Positions 38,098 through 51,624 of a DNA stretch of 64,000 nt are shown here, in pieces. The notes beneath the pieces were generated by a model, which worked only from the letters and a program-made list of their open reading frames with translations, was not told the origin of the DNA and did no database searches. Source of the stretch: Squalus acanthias (Eukaryota); assembly GCA_030390025.1 (NCBI GenBank), contig CM059432.1:32366001-32430000 (forward strand), written 5' to 3'. The translations under genes were made by a program, and so were the position numbers. Position 1 is the stretch's first letter, and each line of letters opens with the position of its first letter.

Positions 38098-39268
38098 ATG
38101 GGGGCTGTACTGGCAGTCGACCTCACCGTCCAGGATCTACGGCAGAGGGAGCGGAGGCAGCGAGAAAGACTGGAATATGTGGCCATCAGGGCTCTCAACA
38201 GGAGGCCTTACCCTCCGAGGGTATTCCAAGAGCACTTCTCCTACCTCCAATTAAGCGAGGAGCAGTCCATTAGAAGGCTCCGCTTCACCAAGGAGGTGGT
38301 CACAGAACTCTGCCACCTCCTGCAACCAGACCTCCAGCCTCAGATAAGGGCGAGCACGGCTCTCCCAGTGGCAGTCAAAGTCACCGTCGCCCTCAATTTC
38401 TTCACCAGCGGATCCTTCCAGTCTGCAACAGGAGACATAGCTAACATCTTGCAGTTCGCCGTCCATCGCTGCACCCGGGAGGTCACAGAGGCTCTCTAGA
38501 GTAGGAGAAGGGACTACATTTCCTTCCCCATCACCAGAGAGAAGCAGGACAAGCGTGCATGTGGCTTTGCTAGGATAGCGGGATTCCCCATGGTGCAGGG
38601 CACCATTGATTGCCCGCACGTGGCCTTGCAGGCACCACATAACAATCCTGAGATCTTCCATAACCACAAAGGCTACCACTCACTTAATGTGCAGTTGGTG
38701 TGTGACCACAGACAGCTAATCCACAATGTCAATGCCCGCTATCCTGGTAGCAGGCACGATGCCTTCATCCTGTGCCAAACCGGTGTGCCAGCACTATTCC
38801 AGCCACCATGTCAAGCTCGCGCCTGGCTGGTCAGAGACGAGGGCTATCCGCTCTCCACCTGGCTCATGATTCCCCTCCGCAACCCCAACGCTCCTGCCCA
38901 GCAGTCATATAATGAGAGCCATGCCGCCACCAGGGATCATCATCAAGGAGACCATTGGCCTGCTGAAACAACGGTTCCACTGCCTTGACCGCTCGGGAGG
39001 AACCCTCCAGTACTCGGCTGAGCGGGTGTCCCATTTCGTGGTGGTCTGCTGCATGCTCCACAACTTGGCCATCATGAGGGCCCAGCCCTTGCCACCAGGG
39101 ATTGCGGGACCACCTCAGGAGGAGGAAGAGGGAGAGGAAAAGCAGGAGGAGGAGGAAGAGGAAGATGAAGAGGAGGAGGAGGAACAGGAGCGAGGGCGGA
39201 GGCAGCCACTCAATCAGCCTTCCGGAAGGGTGGTCCATGACCGCCTCATCAGACTGCGGTTCGAATGA
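38098..39268 (+). pseudogene. Harbinger (HARBI1-like) DDE transposase, disrupted
   Basis: LRFTKE, ALNFFTSGSFQ, GTIDCPHV, KGYHSLNVQLVCD, PGSRHDAFIL, LKQRFHCLD, CCMLHNLA motifs; stop at 38497-38499 and frameshift near 38940. Confidence 0.9.
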
Positions 39269-39449
39269 ATTAAACCTCAGATCCCCATTGCTCACCACAT
39301 CCCCATCATTCCATTCCTGTCGCAGGCCATATCACAGCACAAAGCTGAAATGAGAGACACCACAAAAGAATCCAAACTGAATTTATAAATTTATCAATAA
39401 TCAGTGAACACATATTTACAACAAAATATTAACTATTCATCTTGTGCAA

Positions 39450-42400
39450 TTACTTAGTGCCTCTCGTTACTGTGCCTTTGCCTACTCTAGTGCTCCTACG
39501 AAGTGTTGGCCCAGTGGCTGCAGCATGGCTGGTGGAAGGCTGCTGAGTGTCCGTGTAGGGAGACTTCAGATGGCCATGCAGGATGCCCTCGACCAGCTCT
39601 GGGCCTGGAAGGCCCGGCTGTAGACTGCACCAGCTCAGCATGGGCAGCAGCAGTCTGGGCTGGCTGGATGACAGGGAGTGACAAGGGCAATGGCGGAGTG
39701 GCAGTGGTGAGAGCAGGAATGCTGTCATCATGAGAGAGGCCAGCAAGTTCCTGCTCCACTGACCCACTGCTACTCCCTTGGGGCAGCACCTCAGCATCCC
39801 TAGCAATCTGTTGGAGCAGATTGCTGGCCTGCTGCGACACCGTGAAAGCCCCAATCGACAGTGGTATACCCAGCCACGATAGTAACAGTCAGAGCTTGCA
39901 TTGCATCAAGTTGAGACTGCATGAGAGCAGTCTGAGATTGGATGCCACCAAGCATGGACTGCATTACAGCACTAAGACGTTGTGTCGCTTCCGCCTGTGC
40001 TGCAATGGAAGCTGCCAGATCGCCCATCACACGCGGCATCAAGTCTGGGTCGCCACGGTCTCTCTGGGAGTCTACCATCCTTTGCAGACTGGAAATGATG
40101 GGCTCCATGGTGTGCGCAGAGCCTTGTGCAATGTTGGAGGCACACTCCTCCATGCTCCTTATCATTGTCGAGAGGCTCTCGGGCACCCTTGCCATTGCAC
40201 CTATCATCTCTGTGTGCATGCCCATCACCCTTCTTCTAAATGCCTCTCCATCAAGGTTCTCATCTGAGTCCCGTGCAGCAGAACTCACGCGTGAACTCGC
40301 CCTCCGGTGAGCTGGCCCCCGAGCTACCTTTTCCCCCTGGCCTTGCTGCAGCCCACTCGCAAGCTGGCGGAAAATATAAAAACTAACTCCAAAAGCTTTT
40401 ATAAGTATATCAAGAGGAAAAGACTGGTGAAAACCAAAGTTGGCCCATTGCAGTCAGATAAGGGGAATATATAACGGGAAATAAGGAAATGGCAGACCAA
40501 CTAAATGCATACTTTGGGTCAGTCTTTACGAAGGAAGACACAAAAAACCTCCCTGGGATATCGGGAAAAATAGGGACATTGGCAAAGGAGGAACTGACGC
40601 AAATCAATATCTCTAAGGATATGGTGTTAAGGAAGCTAAAGGGATTGAAGGCGGACAAATCCCCAGGGCCTGATAACATGCATCCTAGGGTGCTGAAGGA
40701 GGTGGCCCTAGAGATAGCGGATGCACTAAGTATGATTTTTCAGAATTCATTAGACTCGGGAACAGTGCCCATGGATTGGAGGGTAGCTAACGTTACCCCA
40801 CTATTCAAAAAGGGGGGTAGGGAAAAAGCAGGTAATTACAGACCTGTAAGCCTTACATCAGTTGTGGGCAAAATGCTGGAGTCCATCATTAAGGATGAAA
40901 TAGCGGAGCACTTAGCAAATGGGGACAGGATAGGACAGAGTCAACATGGATTTACAAAGGGTAAATCGTGCTTGACTAATCTATTGGAATTTTTTGAGGG
41001 AGTAACTGGTAAAATAGATGGGGGAGAGCCAGTAGATGTGGTGTACCTGGACTTCCAAAAGGCCTTCGATAAGGTCCCACATAAAAGATTAGCAGGGAAA
41101 ATTGAAGCTCATGGGATAAAGGGGAAAGTATTGACGTGGATAGAGAACTGGCTGTCAGATAGAAAACAGAGAGTTGGAATAAACGGCTCATTTTCTGAAT
41201 GGCAGGCAGTAACAAGTGGGGTACCGCAGGGATCTGTCCTGGGTCCCCAGCTGTTCACAATTTACATTAATGACCTGGATCAGGGAGTCGGATGCAGCAT
41301 TTCCAAATTTGCAGACGACACTAAACTAGGAGGGGGGGTGGGCTCAGAGGAGGAGACCAGGAAGCTCCAGAGCGATTTGGACAGACTGGGTGATTGGGCG
41401 GATAAATGGCAGATGCACTATAATGTGGACAAGTGCGAAGTTATCCACCTTGGGTGCAGGAACGGGAGGGCAAATTATTATTTAAATGGCAATAAATTGG
41501 GAGAGGGGGAAGTACAGAGAGACCTGGGTGTTCTTGTACACCAGTCACTGAAGGCGAGCATGCAGGTGCAACAGGCGGTCAAGAAGGCAAACGGTATGCT
41601 GGCCTTCATAGCAAAAGGGTTGGAATACAGGAACAGGGATACCTTGCTGCAGCTGTACAGGGCACTGGTGAGACCACACCTCGAGTACTGTGTACAGTTT
41701 TGGTCGCCTCATCTGAGGAAAGATGTTCTTGCCATGGAGGGGGTGCAGCGGCGATTCACCAGGCTGATACCAGGAATGGCGGGATTGACCTATGAGGAGA
41801 GACTATGTAGTTTAGGGATGTACACACTGGAGTTTAGAAGATTGAGAGGGGACCTCATAGAAGTGTATAAAATTCTGACAGGTCTAGACAGACTAGATGC
41901 AGAAGGAATGTTTCCCTTGGCGGGTGAGAACAGAACTAGAGGACATAATTTAAGGATAAGGGCTAAACCATTTAGGACAGAAATGAGGGGGAATTTCTTC
42001 ACTCAGAGGGTGGTGAACCTGTGGAACTCATTGCCACAGAGGGCAGTGTACGCCAGCTCATTAAATATATTTAAGAGGGAATTAGATATATTTCTACAGG
42101 CAAAAGGGGTTAAGGGTTACGGAGAGAAGGCGGGGACGGGATACTGAATTGGAGGATCAGCCATGATCTCATTAAATGGCGGAGCAGGCTCGAAGGGCCG
42201 GATGGCCTACTCCTGCTCCTATCTTCTATGTATCTATGTATCTATGTATCTATGTCCCCGGTGCCTCACCCTGTGCAGATCCCACTACTATAGAAGCTTC
42301 TAAAGAATACATAGTGCCAGTGTCTGAGCTGGTGCCTGCGGGTGAGAGATGCAGTGACGCAGTGTTATTCCTCCTCCTCTTCTCCGGCTTCGCTCTCTAC

Positions 42401-43209
42401 GGTGCCCTCAGGGACAGGCTGCTCAGATGCTTGCTCATTATCTGAAAGCATAAAGGCACAAGAGTCGGGTAAAGGTGAGGGGAGGAGGGCAGGAAGGGAG
42501 AAATGCATGCATACAGTGCGAAACACTTGTGGGGTGAGGGGGAAGTGGGATGTGAGAAGGAGGGGTAGGGATGAGAATACCATTATTGTCCTCAAGGGGG
42601 TCAATGTCGCCGGTGGCCACAGCGCCCACCACCTGGCGCCCAATGATTCGCAGCACTCTTTCCTCCAGCTCAGAAAGTGTTTGGGTGTCAGGTTGTTCCC
42701 CGCCTGTGCGCTCCTGCTCCCTCATGCTGTGAGCCACCTTAGCCTGCAAGAGAAAGGAAAGTGTGTGAGTGAGTGTGGAGCAATGTGTTTGGGGGATGTC
42801 CCTGCCATTGTTGAATAGCTCTCATTGTGTGCAAGGTGTGAGATGTGGGTGTGAGTGTTGGTAGGTGGAGATTGTTGGTGGGTGAGTGCTGGGGATGTGG
42901 TGTTTTGGGTAGTCTGTGAAGACTGTGGTTCAGATGTATGTAGCATTTGTTGAAGCATTCACTCACCCTGACCACTCGAGTGAGGTCGTTAAATTTCTTC
43001 CTGCACTGTGTGTGGGTTCTGGGGACCACAGTGCTGCCCAAGACGTGCAGCACTACCTCCCTCCACATGGTGCGGAACACTTGCGGTGAGGGCCTCCTGC
43101 CACTTGCCGGGTAGAGCACCGCCCTCAGTCTCTCCACAGCGAACACCAACGCCTCCAATGCTTGATTGCAGAATCTGCGGGCTCTCTCCCTGGGGCATGG
43201 ATCTGCCAT
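39450..43209 (-). pseudogene. Harbinger Myb/SANT-like (trihelix) accessory gene, 3 exons, disrupted
   Basis: Exon 1 43209-42967 (RF..ALEALV..WREV..RTHTQCRKKFNDL), exon 2 42743-42581, exon 3 from 42441 with GT-AG junctions in phase; stop at 42365 and CR1 insertion in exon 3. Confidence 0.82.
40359..42254 (+). mobile_element. 5'-truncated young CR1 (RT ORF 40489-42147) inserted in the Harbinger Myb-like gene
   Basis: 552-aa open RT ORF, (TATCTATG)n tail; Harbinger sequence resumes on both sides. Confidence 0.93.
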
Positions 43210-44324
43210 GAGTACAGCTGCTTCAGTCCTCCGGCTCCTTCTCCTTGACCTGCTGCTGCTTGCTGAGGCAGCTGCACAGCCAGCAATGCTAAGAACGAGG
43301 TTCTGCAGCATCAATGAAGCTCCCCTCTAAGAACTGGAAAAAGCCTGTGGCAATCATGACTTGTGATTGGACTGCACCTGATATTGGTCCACCCTTTGAG
43401 TGTAATGCCAATGGGCTTGAGCTTCAAGGCTTGAATTAGGACTCCAATAATTTTTTGAGCCGTGAGCATGAATTTTGCGTGCAGTCTAAAGCATTAGTGC
43501 CTGGCGCTAATTCTCCAACTTTTCTAATTATACCACCCATTCCTGGGCTGTAATGAATTTCTAGCCCTGGGTATCTGTTAGCCCAAAAATGACCATTGGA
43601 CAACTACCGAACTTTCATGCATGGTAAACACAATACACGGCCATGCACAGGCCACAGGCACCTATCCATCTCCACTAGGGGCAGACTGGCCATACGGGGA
43701 ATTGGGAGATTTCCCGAGTGCCCACGAATGGTTCCTTAGCCCACCCTTTTTTCTATGAGAATCCTAATGGGCGCGGGATTCTCATAGAAAAAGGATCAGA
43801 CTCTTTGCTCCTGTGGTTCATAACATGACCCTAATCACTACAAGTGTGTTACAACCTTGTAACTAATTCTCAAGCCTCTGATATTCTCTATGTAGTAAAC
43901 TTTAAATGCCTTTTAATGGCAAGTCCCAATAATTCTTAATCTAGTCCATTTACATTTGTTTATCAGTGTCACGCTCACAATATCTCCCTCTCCTTGTGTA
44001 ATGGGAAAAGTTGCGCCTGTGTATAATTGAAAGTTGCTCAAAGTTTCACATTTTAAAGCCAGACAGACCCAGAAATGTCTGTAACCGAGGTCAAACAACA
44101 GTTCTTTTTTCTCCTTTACACTTTTCTTGCCTCCTGTTCTGAAGTAATTTACCTCAAAAAACGTTGGAATAAAAATGGGAGGAAGTTATGCTTCAGTTGC
44201 ATAGATCTTTGGTTAGACCACATCTGGGCATTGCGTTCAGTTTTGTGCATGATGGATATAAAAATTCCAGTCACTTTTTTCCTCTTTTACTTTTCTGGGC
44301 CACGTCCCATTCAACCTCATCATT

Positions 44325-44720
44325 CATAGAAACATTAAGAACAGGAGGAGGTCATTTAGCTCCTTGAGCCTGCTCTGCCATTCAATTAGATCATGGCTGA
44401 TCTGCACCTCAACTCCATTTTCCCATCTATGCTCCGTATCCTTGATATCCTTACCAAATAAAAGCCTATCTATCTCAGTCTTGAAAGATCCAATTGCCCT
44501 AGCCTCCATAGCCTTTTGGTGGAGAGAGTTCCAAATTTCTACTACCCTTTGTGTGAAAAAGTGCGTCTTGACTTCGATCCTGAAAGGTCTAGCCCTAATT
44601 TTAAGATTATGTTCACGATTCCCACACCAGACAAAATAGTTTCTCTGTATCTACCCTATAAAACCCTTTTAACATTTTAAAAACCTCAATCAGATCACCC
44701 CTCAATCTCCTATACTCAGG
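44325..44720 (-). mobile_element. CR1 3' fragment
   Basis: Reverse-complement CR1 tail and TQRVVEIWNSL-like peptide. Confidence 0.8.
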
Positions 44721-44819
44721 GAACCTGCATGTCTTCTATCACAGTATCTATATCATGGTAACAACCGGATCGTTTAAAAACCTTTTTCTTTCTGTTATTC
44801 ATGTGAACCATAAATCCTT

Positions 44820-46420
44820 TGGTAAATGTTGGTATTCAGAGGGACCTGGGTGTCCTTGTACATGAATCACAGAAAGTTAATATGTAGGTACAGCAAGCAA
44901 TTAGGAAATTAAATGGTATGTAAGCCTTTATTACAAAGGGATTGGAGTATGAGTAAAGAAGTCTTACTACAATTATATAGAGCCTTGATGAGACCACACC
45001 GAGTACTGTGTACAGTTTTGGTCTCCTTACCTAAGGAAGGATATACGCCTTGGAGGGAGTGCAATGAAGGTTCATTAGACTGATTCCTGGGATGAGGGGA
45101 TTGTCCTATGAGGAGAGATTGAGTAGACTCGGCCTATATTCCCTAGAGATTAGAAGAATGAGAGGTGATCTCATTAAAACATATACAATTCTTAAAGGGC
45201 TTGACAGGGTAGATGCTGGGAGGATGTTTCCCCTGGCTGGGGCGTCTAGAACCAGGAGTCATAGTCTCAGAATAAAGGGTCGGCCATTTAGGACTGAGAT
45301 GAGGAGAAATGTCTTCACTCAAAGGGTTGTGAATCTTTGGATGCTCAGTCATTGAGTATATTCAAGACAGAGATCGATAGATTTTTGGATACTAAGGGAA
45401 TCAACAGATATGGGGATAGGGGGGGAAGGTAGAGTTGAGGTAGAAGATCAGCCATGATCTTATTGAATGGCGGAGCAGGCTCGAAGGGCTGAATGGCCTA
45501 CTCCTGCTCCTAATTCTTATGTTCTTATGTTTACTGTAAAAACAACACAGATATTTAGGGGTGGGCACCTCTAAATAAAGATAGATTTAAAAATTAGTCA
45601 CTTTTTCCTGCGAGGAGTCAGAAGCACCGGAGGCAGATAAATACAGCGGGAGGCGAGGACAGCGCAAACCTGCGAAAAGCAGAATATGTTTTGAATGGTG
45701 AGAGACTGGGAAATGTTTGCACTCAGAGGGACCTGGGTGTCCTTGTACATGAATCACTGAATGTTAACATGCAGGTACAGCAAGCAATTAGGAAATTAAA
45801 TGGTATGTTAGCTTTTGTTACAAAGGGATTAGAGTATAAGAAAAAAGAAGTCTTACTACAATTATACAGGGCATTGGTGAGGCCACACCTGCAGTACTGT
45901 ATACAGTTCTGGTCTCTTTACCTAAGGAAAGACATACTTGCCTTAGAGGGAGTGCAGCGAAAGTTCACTAGACTGGTTCCTGGGATGAGGGGATTGCCCT
46001 ATGAGGAGAGATTGAGTAGACTAGGCCTATATTCCCAAGAGTTTAGAAGAATGAGAGGTGATCTAATTGAAACATTTAAAATTCTTGACAGGGTTAATGC
46101 TGAGAAAATGTTTCCCCTGACTGGGGAATCTAGAACACGGGGTCACAGTCTCAGAATAAGGGGTAGGCCATTTAGGACAGAGATGAGGAGAAGTTTCTTC
46201 ACTCAAAGGGTTGTGAATTTTTGAAATTCTCTACCCTAGAGAGCTGTGGATGCTCAGTCATTGAGTATATTCAAGACAGGGAACGAAGGGAATTAAGGGA
46301 TATAGGGATAGTGCGGGAAGGTGGAGTTGAGGTAGAAGATCAGCCATGATCTTGTTGAATGGTGGAGCAGGCTTGAAGGGCCGAATGGCCTACTCCAGCT
46401 CCTATTTCTTCTGTTCTTAT
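44820..46420 (+). mobile_element. Two tandem 3' CR1 fragments (~44820-45530 and ~45680-46420)
   Basis: RT C-terminal peptides (ALVRPHL.YC.QFW, RRMRGDLI) and CR1 tails. Confidence 0.88.
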
Positions 46421-49400
46421 GAGTCGGCAGCACCGGAGGCAGATAAATACGGCTGGAGGCAAGGACAGCGTGGAGTGACATCACAGGACAGCAGGTAGGT
46501 GATTGGTTGGTGAGTATTAACATTTTTTCTCTCTAAGGTAGGCAGTGGTTTAAACTAAGAGCTGGAAAACTATAACGCACTTTATTAAATTAATAACTTA
46601 ACTAGTTAAACTAATTAATATAACTATAAATAATCGTTGAATAAAGATATTAAATAAATAAACCAAGGTTAGACTAAGATATGGCAGAGCAGGTTGTGTG
46701 TCTGGACTGCAGTATGTGGGAGTTTGTGGACAACGAGACTGTCCCGAGTGAACTCATCTGCAGTAGATATCTCTATTGTGAATCTCTCCGGCTCAGAGTC
46801 ATTGAGCTGGAGTGCGAGTTGGACACACTCCGACACATAAGGGAGGGGGAGGAGTATCTGGACAGTTTGCTCTAGACTTCGGTCACACCTCATATGGAGG
46901 TGCAGGATCAGAACGGGGTTGGTGTGACCGATAGTGTGCAGAGTAAGGGGAAGCCAGGTTAGAAAGGGAACGAGGATCCACAGAAACTGATCCTATTCAA
47001 CAGGTACAATGTATTTGCTACCTGTGAGGATAAGGATAAAGATTGTCAGAAGGACAGCCAGAATGCGGACCGTGGCACTTTGGAGCAGGAGGCTGTCCAT
47101 AGGGGGGAGGAGGAGGAGGAGAGGAAGCATAATGTGGTAGTTGTAGGGGATTCTATAATTAGGGGGACAGATAGCATCCTTTGTAAGCAAGATCGCGAGT
47201 CCCACATGGTATGTTGCCTACCTGGTGCCAGGGTGAGGGACATCTCAAACAGGCTTGAAAGGATATTGGAGAGGGAGGGGGAGGATCCAGTCGTTGTGGT
47301 TCATGTTGAGACCAACAACATAGGGAAGAGTAGGCAAGTGGTCCTGTTTGGGGAATACCAGGAACTAGGAGCTAAATTAAAGAACAGGACCTCAAGGGTT
47401 ATAAGCTCTGGATTATTACCTGAGCCACGTGCAAATTGGCGTAGGGATAAGCTGATTGGGGAAGTGAACACGTGGCTAAAGGAGGGGTGTGGGAAAGAGG
47501 GGTTCCCTGTCATGGGGCACTGGCACCAGTATTGGGACAGGAAGGAACTGTACCGTTGGCTCCACCTGAACTAGTCTGGGACCAGGGTCCTAGCGGAAAG
47601 GATAAATAGGGCGGTCACAAGGACTTTAAACCAGTAAATGGTGGGGGGGGGCGGGGGAGGGCTCAGGTGGAAATTGTAGTACAAATAGTAGTTCAAAAAC
47701 AAACGAAAGGGAAGAAAGTAGAGTGCTTTAGGCACTACAGGTAAAGGAGAAACTAAAAGATGTAAAGTAATTAAACCAGGAGAGAGAAATAAGAAACATG
47801 TGAGTAAAACATTAGAGCTGAAGGACAGGCTAGGGTGTGTGGCTCAAATAAGCGTTCTTTATACAAATGCACCGAGTATAAGGAATAAATTGAATGAACT
47901 GTAGGCGCAAATTCAAATTGGAAGGTATGACATGGTAGCCATTACTGAGACATGGCTGCAAGACGGTCAGGACTGGGAACTAAATATACCAGGTTATAAG
48001 GTCTACAGGAAAGATAGGGAAAATGGCAGAGGGGGAGGAGTAGCCTTAGAGATTAAGGATGAAATCATTTCAATGATAAGAGAGGATATAAAGAGAGGTA
48101 ATCTGGCAGTGGAGACTTTATGGGTAGAATTAAGAAATAGGAAAGGATTTAAGACTGTAGTGGGAGTTGTGTATAGGCCCCCTGGTAGCAGCTGTGAAGT
48201 GCTAGATTGTATCAATGCAGAGATTAGATAAGTGTGTAGCAAAGGCAGTGTGGTTTTAATGGGGGATTTTAACTTTCATATAGATTGGGATAAGCATACT
48301 AGCACCTGTCAGAAAGATAGTGAATTTCTTGAGTGTGTCCGGGATAGTTTTCTACAACAATATGTCCTAGAGGCAGCAAGGGGGAAAGCCATATTAGATT
48401 TAGTAATGAGTAATGAGCCAGATTTAGTTAACAGCCTAATTGTGTGTGAACATTTATCTAAGAGTGAGCATAACATGATCGAGTTCAACGTAGCGTTTGA
48501 AAGGGAGAAACACAAAACAGATGAGGCAGAGACTGTTCACAGTAAACTGGGCAAATCTGTTAATGGGTAAAACGACAGAAGATCAGTGAGAGATGTTCAA
48601 AAAAGAATTTCATGTGATACAGAACCAGTTTATACCCCTGAGTGGCAAGAGCTCTACTTGCCAAAAAAAAACAGCCATGGATGACTAAAGAGGTAAGAGA
48701 CAACATAAAACAAAGAAAAAGCATACAAAAATGAAAAAAATAGCACAGACCCTGGCGAATGGGAAAGATACAAAGAACAGCAAAGACGGGAGTATGAAAA
48801 GAAACTTGCAAGGGATATTAAAATCAATACAAAGAATTTTTACAATTACATTAAGAAAAAGAGGGTGGTCAGGAGCAATGTTGGCCCCTTAAAAACTGAA
48901 AGCGGTGATATTGTCAATGATAATAAGGAAATGGCGGACACGTTGAATAATTACTTTGCGTCAGTATTTACAGTAGAAGAAGAGGATAGCATGCCGTAAA
49001 TCCCAAGGAAACTAATATTAAATCGGGGACAGGAACTCAATAAAATTAACATAGGTAAAATAACAGTAATGAAGAAAATAATGGTACTAAAGAGTGACAA
49101 ATCCACAGAACCAGATGGTTTCCATCCCAGGGTTTTAAAGGAAGTGGGTGAGCACATTGCAGATGCCCTAACTATAATCTGCCAAAGTTCACTCAATTCA
49201 GGAACCGTTCCTTTAGATTGGAAAATTGCGTATGTCATTCCATTATTTAAGAATGGCGAGAGAGGGAAACCAGGGAATTATAGACCAGTTAACCTAACAT
49301 CTGTTGTTGGGAAAATGCTAGAGTCTATAATTAAGGATAGGGTGGCTGAACACCTCAAAAATTTTCAGTTGGTCAGAGAGCCAGCATGGATTTGTGAAAG

Positions 49401-50648
49401 GTAGGTCTTGCCTGACAAACCTGATTGAATTTTTTGAAGAGGTGACTAAAGTAGTGGACAGGGGAATGTCTATGGATGTTATTTATATAGACTTCCAGAA
49501 AACATTTGATAAAGTCCCACATAAGAGACTAAGGTAAAAGCCCATGGAATTGAGGGCAAATCATTAATCTGGTTAGGAAATTGGCTGAGCGGCAGGAGAC
49601 AGAGAGTAGGGATAATGGGCAGGTACTCTAATTGGCAGGATGTGACTCGTGGTGTCCTGCAAGGATCTGTGCTGGGGCCTCAACTATTCACAGTATTTAT
49701 TAACGACTTAGATGATGGGATAGAAAGTCATATAGCCAAATTTGCCGATGACACAAAGATAGGTGGCACTGTAGGCAGTGTAGATGAAAGCATAAAATTA
49801 CAAAGGGATATCGACAAATTAAGTGAATGGGCAAAACTGTGGCAAATGGATTTCAATGTAGGCAAATGTGAGGTAATCCACTTTGGACCTAAAAAGGATA
49901 GAACAGGGTACTTTCTAAATGGTGAAAGGCTAAAAACAGTGGAGGTCCAAAGAGACTTGGGGATTCAGGTACATAGATCATTAAAATGTCATGAACAGGT
50001 ACAGAAAATAATCAAAAAGGCTAATGGAATGCTGGCCTTTATATCTAGAGGACTAGAATACAAGGGGGTAGAAGTTATGCTTCAGCGATACAAAACCCTG
50101 GTTAGGCCACACCTGGAGCACTGTGAGCAGTTCTGGGCACCACACCTCAGGAAGGATATATTGGCCCTGGAGGGAGTGCAGCGTAGATTTACCAGAATGA
50201 TACCCAGACTTCAAGGGTTAAGTTACGAGGAGAGATTATACAAATTAAGGTTGTATTTCCTGGAATTTAAAAGGTTAAGGGGTGATCAGATCGAAGATTT
50301 CAAGATATTAAGGGGAACAGATAGGGTAGATAGAGAGAAACTATTTCCGCTGGTTGGGGATTCTAGGACTAGGGGGCATAGTCTAAAAATTAGAGCCAGA
50401 CCTTTCAGGAGTGAAATTAGGAAACGCTTCTACATACAAAGGGAGGCAGAAGTTTGGAACTCTCTTCCACAAACAGCAATTGATGCTAGATCAATTGTTA
50501 ATTTTAAATCTGAGATTTTGCTAACCAAAGGTATTAAGGGATATGGGCCAAAGGCAGATATATTGAGTTAGGTCACAGATCAGCCAAGATCTCATTGAAT
50601 GGTGGAACGGGCTCGAGGGGCCGAATGGCCTACTCCTGTTCCTATGTC
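46421..50648 (+). mobile_element. Full-length but degenerate CR1 LINE (second family)
   Basis: ORF1 remnants 46681-47574 (CLDC, VVGDSIIR), ORF2 remnants 47850-50571 with stops and frameshifts; CR1 tail. Confidence 0.92.
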
Positions 50649-50761
50649 CTCTGCTATAATCTCTGCTTCAGCCCAGAAATTTACATTGCTACAGTGAGGA
50701 AAAAATTATTAATGAGGTTCCTTTAAACCAATGAAGTGTTGAATTTTACAAAAAATGTGTC

Positions 50762-51510
50762 CAGGGCCCCAAACACCCCTTCCAGGTGAAACAGCGATTT
50801 ACTTGTACTTCTTGCAATTTAGTAAACTGTATTCGCTGCTCACGATACGGTCTCCTCTACATTGGGGAGACCAAACGCAGATTGGGTGACCGCTTTGCGG
50901 AACACCTCCGTTCAGTCCGTAAGGGGGACCCCGAGCTTCCGGTCGCCTGTCACTTTAATTCTCCGCTCCACTCCCACTCGGACCTCACTGTCCTCGGTCT
51001 CTTGCATTGTTCCACTGAAGCTCAGTGTAAGCTCGAGGAACAGCACCTCATCTTTCGATTAGGCACTTTACAGCCTTCTGGACTCAACATAGAGTTCAAC
51101 AATTTCAGATCATAACCTCAGCCCCTATCATATATATATTTTTTATCCACACTTTTTGTCTGTCTTTTTTTCTTCTCTCCCACATGGCAGCTGTCTTTCA
51201 TTCTGCCAGCGCAATTTACACTTCATCTAGAGCCATCCTTTGTTTCTTAACCTGTCCCATTACCATCTCCTTTTGCCTTGCTTATCTCTAAATGTCTCTT
51301 AACCTCTCCTGCCTTCTATCCTCACAGACCTTCCCTTTTGTTCTTTCATCCCCTCCCCCCTTTCCCAACCCCTACGCTTGCTTAAAAATCTGTTCCATTT
51401 CCTGCTTTTTTCCAGTTCTGACGAAAGGTCATCGACCTGAAACGCTAACTCTGTTTCTCTCTTCACAGATGCTGCCTGACTTGCTGAGTATCTTCAGCAT
51501 TTTCTGTTTT
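50762..51510 (+). mobile_element. Penelope-like element 3' fragment (GIY-YIG endonuclease + terminal repeat with hammerhead-like motif 51414-51450)
   Basis: ORF 50786-51115: NLVNCIRCSR.GLLYIGETKRRLGDRFAEH...GLN; tail matches the other Penelope copies. Confidence 0.9.
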
Positions 51511-51624
51511 TAACCCAACCAACTAGTTTAGGTAAGAACAAAAGAATTTTGAGGAAAAGGCCCATTTGTTCCCCTGAAATGAAGTCACGAGTTGATAAGG
51601 TAATTCAAGTAATTCAAGTGATTA

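Larger units (their letters stand above)
37589..43567. mobile_element. PIF/Harbinger DNA transposon (transposase + convergent Myb/SANT-like gene), decayed, with nested CR1
   Basis: Imperfect 12-bp TIRs GGGGAACAAATT / AATTTCTAGCCC, both flanked by TGG (3-bp TSD); TAGCGCC-rich subterminal repeats; two tail-to-tail genes. Confidence 0.85.

Noticed and set aside
38098..39268. Domesticated HARBI1 host gene
   Set aside because: In-frame stop, frameshift, mutated catalytic-region motifs and flanking TIRs indicate a decayed transposon copy
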